This document shows, in pieces, positions 41,505 to 53,985 of a DNA stretch of 64,000 nucleotides (within the stretch, counting starts at the first letter, position 1; each line of letters begins with the position of its first letter). The notes under the pieces were generated by a model, which had not been told where the DNA came from, made no database searches, and was given only the letters and a program-made list of their open reading frames with translations. The stretch comes from Adineta vaga (taxonomy: Eukaryota > Animalia > Rotifera): the NCBI GenBank assembly GCA_021613535.1, contig CP075494.1:15252001-15316000 (forward strand), written 5' to 3'. The position numbers and the translations under genes are program-made.

Positions 41505-43157
41505 CCAGAAAAATTTTTATTTTGTTTCATGGAAATTATTTTTCTGAATAAATAGATGCGTTAGCTCAATGTATTTTTTTTATTTCTATGAGAACTAGTG
41601 AAACATGATTCGATAGAAAGAAAACAAAGAACGAGATTTTGTATTGTTCAAATTGTTATCGATCATTCATTTTAGTCCAATTTGTTGAGTTTGATGAACG
41701 AAGTCATTGATTTGACCAGTTCTTCGGTAACAGTGACAGTCAAGTGGCAGAATTCTTTTATTGTAGAACTCAGATTGGTCAGTTCATTGTGAGTGTGAGA
41801 TGGTGTCGTTGATTGTTGTTGTACTGGACCATGATCATCATTGTCATTATCATCATCATTTTTTTGTAGTTTTTGTTGAACCTGATGGAAATCCAGAATC
41901 AAACATAAACTTAATATTATTCTAATTCGTACATTGAAGTAGGTTTGAAGAAAAGAAAAGGAATGAAGTTTAGAAATTGGTTAATTGTACATCTACTATT
42001 ATCTTATCCTACATTGGTGTCCTCTACAGAGGTGCGGACACTCACAGACACGTCTCAATCTGGATATGAGAGATAAAGTTCATTTTCAGCGGAAAAATGC
42101 AGATTCCGATTAATATATAAAAGTTTTTAATCAATCGATGAACGTGAAAATCAAAAAGCTCAATCTATAACAAAAGGAAAGTTTCGAAAGTGTTCTTTTC
42201 TTTCAAATTCTATCGAACAAGTCAACATAAATAATGCTACTAACTTCTACGATATTAGCTGTTGTCAAATGAACTTTCAAACAAGTGTATGAAACTCGTA
42301 ATCCAATTTTTCAAAATAGTCGAAGCTTGGGCATAAAATACTTAGATATTTCAATTCAATCGTTGGAATCTGATTATTCTTACATATAGCTGGCTACTTT
42401 TGTACGTTCAAATCGAGAGAAAAGCTAGTATAAGGATACTCACATATTTCTGTAGCTTATATAGATGAATTGTGTTCATTACTATGGAAACAATATAACG
42501 ATCGATGAAACAGAAGACAAAGCTTGTAAGAGAGAAAGAGAGAGAGAGAGAAAGGAAGGAGGAGCAAAATGAGGAAATATGTCATTTATTGAAGAAAAAC
42601 AATTAAACCTATTCATAAATGATTGTGTTTTAACGAAATATATGCGATATGTTAAATCTTATGTTTTTATTCGGTATAGTTTCGTTTGAACTGTGCTTTC
42701 TTATGACTACTGACAACAAGAAAAGGAAAAATTCTCAACATTCGATGTGCTACTAAAGAATGTACCTAAGAGAACGTAAGGATAATCTGTATATGCGTTG
42801 TTAACGAGATATGTTTAGTGATTACAATAGTTTTTTAATTGAAAACAACAACACCTACCATTAGACTTGGACTAACACGAAAATCACCACGACTACCTCG
42901 GCGAAAACCTAAGAATGATTACTACTAAAAGAAACTTACTCGTTGCCTCTACTGTTGAGAGTGAAGGTCATTGAATTGAGTGATCACTCATCTAAAAGGA
43001 AAAAAATTATTTCATTGTGCTTATTTCGAATACACCATATTATGGCTAAAAGGATATCTTTGTAACGAGTACAACATACATAGATGCATATATATGGATA
43101 TGCATAATTACAAAGAAAACGAGGTACAGAGAGAATATGCAAACAATGCGTTTTCAG

Positions 43158-43300
43158 CCCAGGACGATCATTCCGGTGGTCGGAAACGGCGCCTTAAACG
43201 ACCGAAAACGGTTAGAAAACGGCAATTTACTGCCTTCATTTTAACCGTATTTCACTGTAATCCGTCACTCTGGATTACCATCGCCGATTTCGGCTGTTTC
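43158..43300. mobile_element. Truncated MITE remnant related to the 10.7 kb element
   Basis: Begins CCCAGGACGATCA (compare TIR CCCAGGTTGATCA) and shares the AAACGG, TTTACTGCC and GATTAC words. No second TIR seen. Confidence 0.55.
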
Positions 43301-43799
43301 TTTCGTCTTGTCCATTCATATCTTATGTGCGTAATAGTATTAGACAAAATGGATTTATTTCTTCAGCTTCAGATAAAATACTTCTTTTCTTCTAAGGAAA
43401 GTCTTAATAAAATATATCGAACTTCAGTGAATTCATTGATGCCTCTCATATATTATCGCAGATCAAAGAAGAAGAGAATATTCATTGGTATTATGTTAAT
43501 CTGTGTGAAGATATTAAAAAAATATGCATAGTTACGATTGGTATCTGTAATATTATTAATAAGTCAAAAGAATTCACATTGAATTACTTTAGTTTGTTAC
43601 GATGAAAAATGTTCCAAATACACTTACATATGTCATTGATGAACGTACTCATCAGGAATCATAGCGGCAAATATTTAACACCACAGTTCGCCATAAATTT
43701 AAATCTTGTATACTAAACATTTTTTAATCTAATAAAGGATATTATGTCAATAGAACTTGGTTGAAGAAAAAAAAATTGTTAGATACTATTGATCATGAT

Positions 43800-44310
43800 T
43801 ATCCATATAAAAGAAAGAGTATGAGTCATACAACTATAAAGAGTTTTTATCAATGTGATGCTATATAACATCACATCAAATGATTCTTTTTGAGTCTTCA
43901 ATATATCACTTTTAAAACTTTTGCAAGTTCTGTTGAAATTTTTGTTTCAATAAATTTTTTCTCCAAACAAGAAAAATATCATGTTCCCAAAGTATATTCA
44001 TTCAATCGTGAAGTTGTTTAATCAATGAAAACTTAATTTACATTAAGAAATTAAAAAAAATTTAATCAACTATCCGAAAGAACCTAGACATACTTTCCAT
44101 CAATACATGACAAAACTGATGTTAAAAATCTTATTTCGATCAAATAAAGTTAGATCAAAACCTTTATGTTTATCAAAGATTCGCTTGTAGAATGTATATC
44201 GACAATTACTCACACAATAATGTTTCTCTAAATATTCATCAAATGGTATCCAAAACCGACTTATTTATTGTGAAAGGGTACTTTTAGCTGTATTCCAATT
44301 CAAAATGTAA
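43800..44310 (-). pseudogene. Decayed duplicate of the gene at 49.3-50.0 kb
   Basis: CTTTATGTTTATCAAAGATTCG (44162) equals 49733; tttctctaaatattca, atggtatccaaaa and aaacaagaaaa...ttcaatcg are colinear. Contains stops and internal deletions. Confidence 0.8.
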
Positions 44311-44336
44311 AAGGAAGTGATGATAAATAAATATAC

Positions 44337-44418
44337 CTTTCTTTTTCTTAAAAATCCTGATTAAATTTGTTACCTGTTTTCTTTTCTTAAAGATCCTGAT
44401 TAAATTTGTTGCTTGTTT
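44337..44418. repeat. Two-copy ~39-bp tandem repeat at the junction between duplicated segments
   Basis: TTTTCTTAAA(A/G)ATCCTGATTAAATTTGTT occurs twice, head to tail. Confidence 0.8.
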
Positions 44419-44533
44419 TGCATTATTTATTACATAGGATAAAAATTTAAAAGAAAAACAACAGTATAAGCATTTATTCCTTTACGTGCATAAGCAAAAC
44501 CTGAGACGATAAGACTAAGTAATAATACAGTTT

Positions 44534-46692
44534 CTAACTATTTGTCAACGCACTTGACTCAGTACGTACTCGAGGATAAAGCTAAAAAAAGACAAATAAA
44601 TTTCAACGAAAATTCTTTTTCTTTAATTTCACTTACTCCAAGATAATTTCGTGGTACATAACCTTCTTTTTGTGTTTTTTCATGTTTTGCCCACCACCAT
44701 TGATATTCTTGTTCATCTTCACGTCTTAAAATTTTCAATTGATCTCCATTATTAAATTCTAATTCATCTGTTTTTTCTTCACTTGGTTGATAATCATACA
44801 ATGCATAGACTATTCCATCATTAATCACTCCCAGATCATTCTCTATTCTCAACAAATATTCTGAACAACTCGAATAATTTTCTTCATCTTCTTCACATTT
44901 ATCAGCTGGAGTTTCATTATCTCGAATTGTTGTTGCATAAATACAAGCACCATTTTCTATTAAAATTTCCACTATTGTTATATGATTGCACGATGCTGCA
45001 CAATGTAATGGTGTCCATCCATCATTATCAGGATAATTTATATCGCAACCAAATTCAATTAGGAATTTTACGCATTCAATATTTCCTGCACAGATAGCAT
45101 TGTGAAGGGCAGTTAAACCTTCATCATTTGGTTGACTGGGATTTTTCACCTAAATAAAGATTCGAAAGGACAGAATGAATTTTCTTTTTTAAGAAATTCG
45201 AACTTCTTTTGCAGATTTAGTAACAAGATCAAGTTCTCCGATTACAGCAGCATCGAGAAGTAATGCCAATGGATCGAATATGACTCGTCTTGAAGTATTC
45301 TTTGGTGTCGCAGGAGTTTTTAATAATGATTTAAGATTCGTTTCAGATGTTGAAAGAGTCATCGGAAATGATATAGTTGATTCAATTTCATCCGTAAGTG
45401 AACCTTCGGATTCTGTATTAGAAATAACTGATTCACTTATAGTTTCTTGTTGTTGTTGTTGTTCTTCTCCTCCTTCCGCTTGAAAATCGAAAAGATTTTC
45501 ATAATTAAGTATTGATGGATTAATTGAAGATAAATCATTATGAACTTGAATAGGTTGTTGTTCAATATTTGACGGAAGATATTTCGTTAGAGAATCACAT
45601 GGATCAGATAATGAATGACGTTTTTTTACATTCGATGTAATATGATTAAAATGAACAGACAGTATATCATCATTCAAACGAAGATTAGCCGGTAAAATTT
45701 GTTCGTCCGATTTTAATAATGATGATTCTATTCCATCAATCGATGATTCATTCAAAACAATCGGAATAGATGAAGAACAAGTGGTATCGAGGGTTGTTAT
45801 TTCATTTGTTGATGCGAGTGATGTCTCAGGAGGAATAAGCGATGATATATCCTACACAGAAAGAAATACAAATGTGAATTATTGGTCTATTGGTACCTTT
45901 TTTGAACGATCAGATTGATCATTATCATTTGTATTGATTAAACTAAATGAATTTGCTAATTGTACCATTCGTTTTTCAATTTCTGCAATGTTAATATTAT
46001 TCAATGTCATTTGTACGTGATCTAAACCCGTTTGAAATCGATTTGATTGAACATGCGATGATTTTTTCAATTGTACTTGTTGTTGAAGCTCTTCAATACG
46101 AGAATCTAATTGAGTCAATTCCATTTGTTTTGTTTTATATATTTCTCGTTGATAAGCTATTTGACGATTTTGTTGTTCATTTAGTTTATTTCGTATCTAA
46201 ATCGAAGAAATTTATTTCTATTCATTTAGAGACGAAAGTTTTTACTAATAATTCTTGTTTTAATTTATCTAAATCATTTTTATTTTGTGATTGTTCTTTA
46301 GCTGTTGTGAATTTCAATCGTTTGATTTGTTCGAGTTGTTTAGTTAATTCTTCAACTTTGTGTATTGATTGTTTTAATTCTTCTTCTTTATTGAGGAAAA
46401 TTTGCTTGAAAATTTCTAATTCATTTTCTAAAAGGAAAAGTCTTTAAAATTTACTTTTTTTCTCTCGTTCGAACGAACCAAATGTCGAATTAGAATTTCG
46501 TTGTTGATTTAATTGATAATGAAGTGTTTTTAAACGTAATTGTTTAGTTTCCCGTTGTTTCGTACGAAAATGTTCTTGCTGTTTAAGATATTTCAAACGT
46601 TGTTCGCGTGAGATCAATAATTGTTGATTATGTTTAATTTGTTCTTGTTGATACACAGTCATTTCCTGTAATTGTGATAATGAATAATCCAT
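44534..46692 (-). CDS. ASPP family protein (TP53BP2/PPP1R13B-like: coiled coil, RVxF, ankyrin repeats, SH3)
   Basis: SLSQLQEM...QQEQI...QQLL...[70 protein letters not shown]...DELEF...WWWA...EGYVPRNYLGLYPR. Confidence 0.93.
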
Positions 46693-47397
46693 TTTTTGAT
46701 TATTTACATTTAACTAGAAAGAAAAAATCCTAAGAAGATTTTTATTGAGAAAAATTCAATTCAACGTTTGAGATGATGAATGATTATCAGAAAGAGAAGA
46801 CGAACGCAGTGTTATAGTTAGGAAGAAAAATGATTGCCTAGTAAAAAGTAAACGAATGTAATGAATGATAAGTGTAGTCTCTGATAGAAACGGTCAGGTT
46901 GTCTTATTTTTTTGCTCTTCGCTGATGAATTTCTATTAGAAATACTCGTTCACTCTTTTTTTCCTGCTTCTATTCCCGATATCGATGATTAATATAAAGA
47001 AAAGAACGAAGAGAAATTCTCTGTTCAATATAACAATTGTGTTAAAACACATGGGAGAAGAAAAGGAATCAACGATATTCTCTCGAGAAGAAACATTCTA
47101 TTCAATTCTTGATCATATTTCATGCATTTCTTTTACAATCGAAGAATCGATTACATACACCATCAAACAACATTTTTTTTCAATTTTTCTAATTGTTCCA
47201 ATCATATAACGAATGATTTAGATATTCATAAAAGAAAAGAAAAAAAGATTTTTTTTCAACTTGATTTCAATTAAACACATCACATACGGAGAATTTCTTG
47301 ACATATGTTCTTATCGAGAAAATGATTAACATGGTCGTCAAATCTTGTTTCGATAATGTTTAACATTTGACAGATTCCATTTATTTCGAAAGAAAAG

Positions 47398-48187
47398 TTA
47401 AGTACTAAAAAATAGATGATTTTTTTTAATTTCATTCGTTTGTTTATGAAAGATCATATTAGTTGTAAGAAATGGCCATGGAGAAGAATCACGTCTTTCA
47501 TCATTCTGTTCTGCTTCAGGTAATAATGATTCTCGACGTAATGGATGTCGTTTTGGTTCTAAAGTATTTGCTAATGATGGAATGTTAATAGATAATGGTA
47601 AAGATGATCCCTGATTGGTATTATTATTATTATTATTATTATTATATTCAGAAGAAATGGTGGAGGCCATTGCGTAATTGATGGACGACTGTTAAGTACA
47701 CTATTGGATAGAAAGGGAATTTCTAATATACTATTATTTGATGATCTATAGAACGAACAAAAAAGAAATGGATAGATTAATAAATTGAAATTTACCTGTC
47801 TCGAATTGTTGCCATTCGTAAATCAGATATTGAACTTTGTTGTTGTTGTTGTTGTCGTCGTCGTTGTTGAGGATTAGATTTGAATCTACATAAACTTGAA
47901 AAGATTTTCATAGAAATTAATACGATTGATTGATTTTTCAATTACTCGAACATATAAGTACAACACAAACGAATTCTTTTACATAAAGATTTTGGACAAC
48001 ATTGAACAATATGTGGTGATCGTTCGTTCGATGAACATTTATATCGACATATCATCCATCCCAATGCTAATGCCACAAAAATGCCAACAACAGTTGGCCA
48101 GATGATATCTTTATTATCATCATAGATCGATTGTTCCGTATTATAAATCGTTCTTTTTGTTGTTGTTTCTATCAAACTAATCCTCAT
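47398..48187 (-). CDS. Hypothetical single-pass membrane protein with a Cys-rich juxtamembrane region; possible 1-nt deletion at ~47672
   Basis: TM IIWPTVVGIFVALALGWMI followed by two GT-AG introns. The last exon changes frame between RPSIT and MASTISSEY. Confidence 0.5.
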
Positions 48188-48437
48188 CTTCTAACTTACT
48201 TATTTTCCTTTTTCAAATAAGAAGTTTGGCAGATTTTTCATGTCTTTTCTTTTTGCATGTCATTGCAGACAGTCGTCAAAACCATTTTCTCATTTCTTAA
48301 CATCAATCTTTTTTTTTCTTCTCTTCGTGATACGGGAAAAAATATAGAGGAGACGAGAAAAATCATCTATCGATTTTTCTATTGAAAAAATACACACACA
48401 CATACACATAAACACATCGCAGGTGATTTTCTATTAA

Positions 48438-49193
48438 TTAAAATCGTGCACCATTCATTGGAATTTTTAATATTCTCGTTAATTCTTCAAATGTTTCTGG
48501 TTTGATCAATTCTTCCGGTAAATAAACTAAGAATTCCTTCGTTGGAATTTTTTTACATTCGAATTTTAATATTCGATCATGTTCGACAAATATTCCATTA
48601 ACAATTATCGGTTTACAAGAAATTTTAAGAAATAATTCATCAAAAACGATTCCATGTGGAGAAAGGATAATATAACCAAAATTTCGATCGATTAATTTCT
48701 TTTGCGGAAAGTAATTCCAGCAGGATTTTTGTTTGAAATAATAATTTAATTGATTTTGCCAATGAATACCTTCTAAACGAAAACAAATGAAATTGGTTCG
48801 AATTCGATCGAATGGATTTCGACATGAAAATATCAACCACGAAATAATCATTAAAATAAACAAACATGGAGATATACCAAGAAAACTAAAGATTAAGATT
48901 TGAAATATCAATACAAATTGATTATACAATAGCCAATAAATCATCCAGGATAGAGCTGCGCATGTCATGGAAAGTAATGTTAAATATGTTAACATCATAC
49001 ATCGTTGATGAAAACGTTGTGTATAGATATGATCAAGATCATTGAGAATATTTCCAGATAAATCACTCTCATCAAAACTAATTACGGACATACTCGTTGA
49101 TAATTCACGTTCATCATAATCAATACCTTGAATTTGTATAAGATCAGATCGAGGATTTGATACACCTGCATGTTGACGTACTTGTTCTCGCAT
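48438..49193 (-). CDS. Hypothetical intronless 251-aa protein with two TM helices
   Basis: Long ORF with two hydrophobic segments and a beta-rich C-terminal region (GYIILSPHGIVFDELF). Confidence 0.7.
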   Translation of the reverse strand: MREQVRQHAGVSNPRSDLIQIQGIDYDERELSTSMSVISFDESDLSGNILNDLDHIYTQRFHQRCMMLTYLTLLSMTCAALSWMIYWLLYNQFVLIFQILIFSFLGISPCLFILMIISWLIFSCRNPFDRIRTNFICFRLEGIHWQNQLNYYFKQKSCWNYFPQKKLIDRNFGYIILSPHGIVFDELFLKISCKPIIVNGIFVEHDRILKFECKKIPTKEFLVYLPEELIKPETFEELTRILKIPMNGARF

Positions 49194-49319
49194 TGAAATG
49201 ATCTATTTATTTAATAAAACTCATATCTTATAATCAACAGAAAACGATATGAGTAAGACAGATATAAAAGATAAAACTGAGTCATTATACACACACGACA
49301 AAATATTCGCAACTTCTTT

Positions 49320-49978
49320 TTATAGAATTTTTAAAATATCTCGAAGTTGTGAGGAGATTTTCACTCCGATTAATTTCCATTCTAAACAAGAAAAGTCCAA
49401 TAATTCCAAAACATCTTTATTCAATCGCGAATTTGCACAAATTGATTGTCTAAAGCACAATAATTCGTATTTTCAACAACAACAAAACGTTCCTTACGGT
49501 GAAAGATTGAAAAAATATCGTTCAGAAAACGCAGCAATACCACGAAACTGTGCAAATGTTATTTTTGTATTGATCGGTAGATCAAGTACACGAATCGCTT
49601 GATTTATCAATCGTTTATCAATCGTATCCATGTAAACATCCACCAATGTATCCGGAAGAATCTAAATGTACTTCATAGAAACTACAAAACAATTCGAACT
49701 TCTTACTTCGACAACTAAAGTCAGATCGAAATCTTTATGTTTATCAAAGATTCGTTTGTAAAGAGTGAATCGACGATTACTTACACGACAATATTTCTCT
49801 AAATATTCAATCGGACTCAAATTTTCGAATAATTTCATATCGAATGGTATCCAAAATCGACTTGCTTGCTGTGAAAGAGTGACACTTGTTGTATTCAAAT
49901 CATTGGACTAAAGATTTTGAAAATACGAAGAAAAAAAAATGTAATGAGATTTACTTTATTATATTTCACAGATAACAT
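49320..49978 (-). CDS. Hypothetical protein with an EF-hand-like helical region; start uncertain
   Basis: Spliced exons give ...LSPIEYLEKYCRVSNRRFTLYKRIFDKHKD...ITFAQFRGIAAFSERYF...KDVLELLDFSCLEWKLIGVKISSQLRDILKIL*. Confidence 0.6.
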
Positions 49979-50224
49979 CGTGAGAATTTCCTGATTGTAA
50001 TGTTATTAATACTTAAAAGAGAACGTGAGAAAAATCCTTTCCGTTGTTTTCTTTGATATGAAAATGTGATCGAATGAGAGTTATTTAACGAGTCTATAGA
50101 AAAATCGATTCGAAGGATTTTCTCGGAGAATATAGAAACTATCTCAATCCTACACAAAAGAGCAATCAAATGTGCGATGTGTTTTTGCAGAAGGGTGGTG
50201 GTGAGTCCTTGATTCTCCGGTCTA

Positions 50225-51240
50225 ATAATATCACAGATTGATAGAAAAAAAGGTACACATTTATAAATCATCTGCATCAAGATTTGTTTTCATCGATGAC
50301 ATCATTGATGTACTTTTTAATGTCGGTTGTAGTGGTGATGGTAGAATATCTCTTGGATTGATATATAAATTCAACTTTCGTGTTCGAAGATCTTTTCCAT
50401 AAGTATTTGATGAAGAGTTACATGTTGATTCACGAATATATTCGGAAGAATTTCTTCGATAGTATCTCGATTGATATCGACGATTACATCTCAACTATAA
50501 ACCATCGAGAGTGATAACAAATAGAATAGTTATATCATTGAATCAATCCATTAATAATTGACCAATACGAATATCATCAAAGATTAATATATCTAAAGTT
50601 GATTGAAGTACACCTGATAGAATCGTTCCTTCATCATTCGATGGACTTCAATCACGCTATAAAGGTAGAGATCGATCAATTTCTTCTTTCCTTATATACT
50701 AATTTCGAAGAAATCTTACTTTTTTTACTTCGTGATTCACTCTTGGAGAAAGTAACCGAAACGATCCATCATGGGTTTCAACAGTAGGGTCTATTTTTAT
50801 CAATCATATCTTTGTATATCAGAAAATCCTAAAGAAGATCATCTAAAAGAGTAGAGACATTTCTGTTTCATAAAAAAATCTTCTTTGATTGCAGAAAAAA
50901 TATAGATCTTTTTTTGTAAAGATAAATAGAATTGGTGTATATCTTTCATCGAGAAGAAAATCACTTCAGTAATTTGATCATTTGATTATGATTTCGTGCT
51001 GGATTCGAATGTTGAATCGTGTCTTTGTGACGAAAGATAAAATAAATTGAAGTTTCAAATGAAAAGCCTTGAATAAATACTGGTGATTACACTGAAAAGT
51101 TTGATTTGAGATAGATAGAATTCATAATAAGAAACAGGTGCTTTTCAATAAATGAGAAAAAAGCTCAAGTTCTATTAAGGATGAACGTTATCAATAGTGA
51201 TTTCTGTTTTCGTTTTCCAATCAAGTACTATTGACACAAC
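50225..51240 (-). pseudogene. Collapsed duplicate of the semaphorin-5 locus (about 4.8 kb reduced to about 1 kb)
   Basis: 50261-50486 matches 53986-54305, 50489-50770 matches 56073-56360, and 51040-51240 matches upstream DNA at 58600-58810. The TSP1, PSI and TM exons are absent. Confidence 0.88.
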
Positions 51241-51392
51241 AATCCTCATCTGACTAAAATATTTTCAACATAAAAGATGTGAAACTAATAGTTTCAAACT
51301 ATTGATCACATTGTTGTCACTATCGATACATACTAAGATGGATAAGTATTTTTTTATTAATATTCTAATTATCACATACATCAATAATACAT

Positions 51393-52060
51393 GCAACCTC
51401 AGGATCCCGCCGGTTCCCACTGGAAAAACACACGGAAAATGGAAGTAGTATTCCGGCCGGATTTCATCGTACCCGGATTCTTTCTTAATTCGCTTCACTT
51501 CCGTGAATTCGGAACTCGCCGTTCCAACCAGCATGCAAAAAGCCAAATCAAAACCCGCGGAAAGAAAACACCAGAAAAAAACCGTTTTCCAGCAACAGTA
51601 TCCAAAAAAATCCATCAGATTTTTCCGACCGAATCCCGCATATTCCAACCTGTTCCAGTAGAAAACTACATGTTCCAAAGAGTCAACTTCACAACCATAC
51701 CTAATCCACTGAAAAAACAAAAGCCATCACACCGCAATACACACAATCAAGAAAAACGTCAAACTTCTAATATCAAAATGAAAATCTAGAGAATAAGTAA
51801 GTTCGACTACAATGAAACCAAGATTTTTCACCATATGAAAAACCATCCTTAATAGAGCTCTTTCCGCTAGGAGACCTAACTTCGCTGGGAATGAAAAAGA
51901 AGATTTTTTTAAAAATGAAAAATCATGTTTTGTAAGTTTTTTGGATCCGAAAGTTCCCAGCTGTTTCCGGTTGCCTGTATCTTTCATGGAAATGATCGTT
52001 TTTTTCCGAAAAATTCTCGCAGTTTCCATTGGAATATGGTTGGAACGACGCGGGAAAAAT
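51393..52060. mobile_element. Degenerate GC-rich non-autonomous repeat remnants, partly inverted
   Basis: GC-rich island with recurring CCGG/TTCC/GGAA words. TTCCAACCTGTTCCAGTAGAAAACT (~51643) resembles the reverse complement of AGTTTCCATTGGAATATGGTTGGAA (~52021). Only spurious ORFs on both strands. Confidence 0.55.
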
Positions 52061-52283
52061 TCGTTTAATTATTTGTAAAATTAAAGAGTAAAAGAGAACG
52101 AGATGCACTGAGCGTGATCGTAGATAGGGTAAAAGAGAAGATATAATAGAATGATAGAGAGAAAAACAGTTAAACAGTAGTGAAAACACATTATTTACAT
52201 ATCTTCTATTTGTTTTACTTTCTTCATTTTGTGTACGTGTATATACATGTATATATGTACATATGTATGTTATGATCGTTTGG

Positions 52284-52306
52284 NNNNNNNNNNNNNNNNN
52301 NNNNNN
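52284..52306. other. Assembly gap (23 N) flanked by an identical 16-mer
   Basis: TGTTATGATCGTTTGG at 52268-52283 and 52307-52322. Confidence 0.95.
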
Positions 52307-53985
52307 TGTTATGATCGTTTGGCAGATGTTTCTTTAACCACCATACTGTGTACTACAAACAACTTTGTTTGAATGATTTCGTTGACTTTTGTGGATGAAC
52401 AACAACAACAACAACCATCGTCAACTGATCTTTTCACCGATCTTTTCGGAAAATGAAGTATGTTGGAAAAATAGATAGTTAATTTTTAATTAGCATCAGA
52501 GTGAATCCATAAGAAGCCATCCAGTTTTTGGAAAATTTAATTTTCGAATAAAATCATTGAAGAAATCTTTTTTTCACGATTTTTTTAGCGCTTCAGGCTG
52601 ATCCTCGATGAAAAATAGCTAAGGAGTCATTTTCAGCTTTCTTATAAGCGGAAAGCACCAACATATAGAATATTCTTTCGGAACATACGTCTTTTTCGGT
52701 CAATTACTGTGAAAAAAAATTGATAAAATGACATGAAAACTAGTCAAATGTTCCGAGAAAATGCCCGAAAACTCGGAATTTTTGGGTAAGAGTACTTCAT
52801 TTCGGAAAATATTTATTTTAGACTACAACTCAACAACAATAATAAGCATCGCCGGAAATAACAAACATTGACTTCATGAAGTTCATCAGGCATCAACAAT
52901 CGGTTCGTGGTACGTTACTCGAATTTCTGGAAGCGCTTAAAGTGGAAAAAGAAGAAAAAGTATTGAAGAATATGTTAGAAAAGATTCTAAAATTGATCGA
53001 CGTAACTAATAGTAGTGGTGAATGAAATAGTAAGAATCCCTTTTGATGATGATTATTTCTATTTTAATCAAGTTCCTTTCTTTTTTTATTTTTAGTGAAA
53101 AATCGTTGATTAGTTGGTCATGGCAGGTCGAAATGAACTATGTGAACTGTTCTCTTTTTCTTATCTCTATCGTTGTCATATTTTCTTTCTTTCTTGTCCA
53201 AAACATAAAACCTATATAAGTGTGAGTCTATGGTCTTTTATATTTCAAATTGAATTTAAAAAAAATCGCACCCCATTCATACATGTACCGCGGAACTTGG
53301 AGATCTAACAGAACAACACCTTCCACAACGACTAGCATCAGAGATATTACATTTCATACGGAATCAGTATTAGAGTGGAAACCATACCCGTAGTATAGTG
53401 CTCAAAACTAGAACTCAAGTATTCAACTATTTAGTTACCTATTTATGCAACTGTTCAGTTATTCCATTACATCGCCAACACCCTCCCCGCACCCTCAATT
53501 AATACTAATGATATTGATCAATCTGATTGTTATTCACAGAAAGTATGAATTAATTAGATACTTGTCTCAATATGATAAGTTTTTGTATCTTCGTAGATTT
53601 TCAGTGAGTTCTACATTATTGAACAATGAGATAAGAACAACTTGTTCTCCATCATCAACATCATCGTTGTCGATCTCAATAATTTTACCGATTTTTTTAA
53701 ATAAACCTTCAACTGAGACAATTAATTATGAATCGTTCAAATTTGAACAACCAGCTAATCCTCATTTTAATAATATTACGTAATAAATATGGATACGTAT
53801 TTAATCCTTTTTACCAACGTGAGAAAAGTATGTCTCTTTATATTATTCGATTAGTTACTATTTCATAGGTCTCCACAATGCAGAATTTTATTTAGCTACG
53901 AAAACAGAAATTATTTTATGTGAGAATGGTACATTTAAGTTGAAATTTTATTTCATGATAAGTAGAATATCACAGACAAATGAAA

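Noticed and set aside
42980-43531. 183-aa ORF
   Set aside because: Starts at GTG, runs through a MITE remnant and has no recognisable motif.
51265-52189. Several 88-151 aa ORFs on both strands
   Set aside because: They arise from GC-rich repeat remnants; no transposase or other domain motifs.
52268-52322. 16-bp direct repeat around the Ns as a target-site duplication
   Set aside because: More simply an unmerged contig overlap at a scaffold gap.
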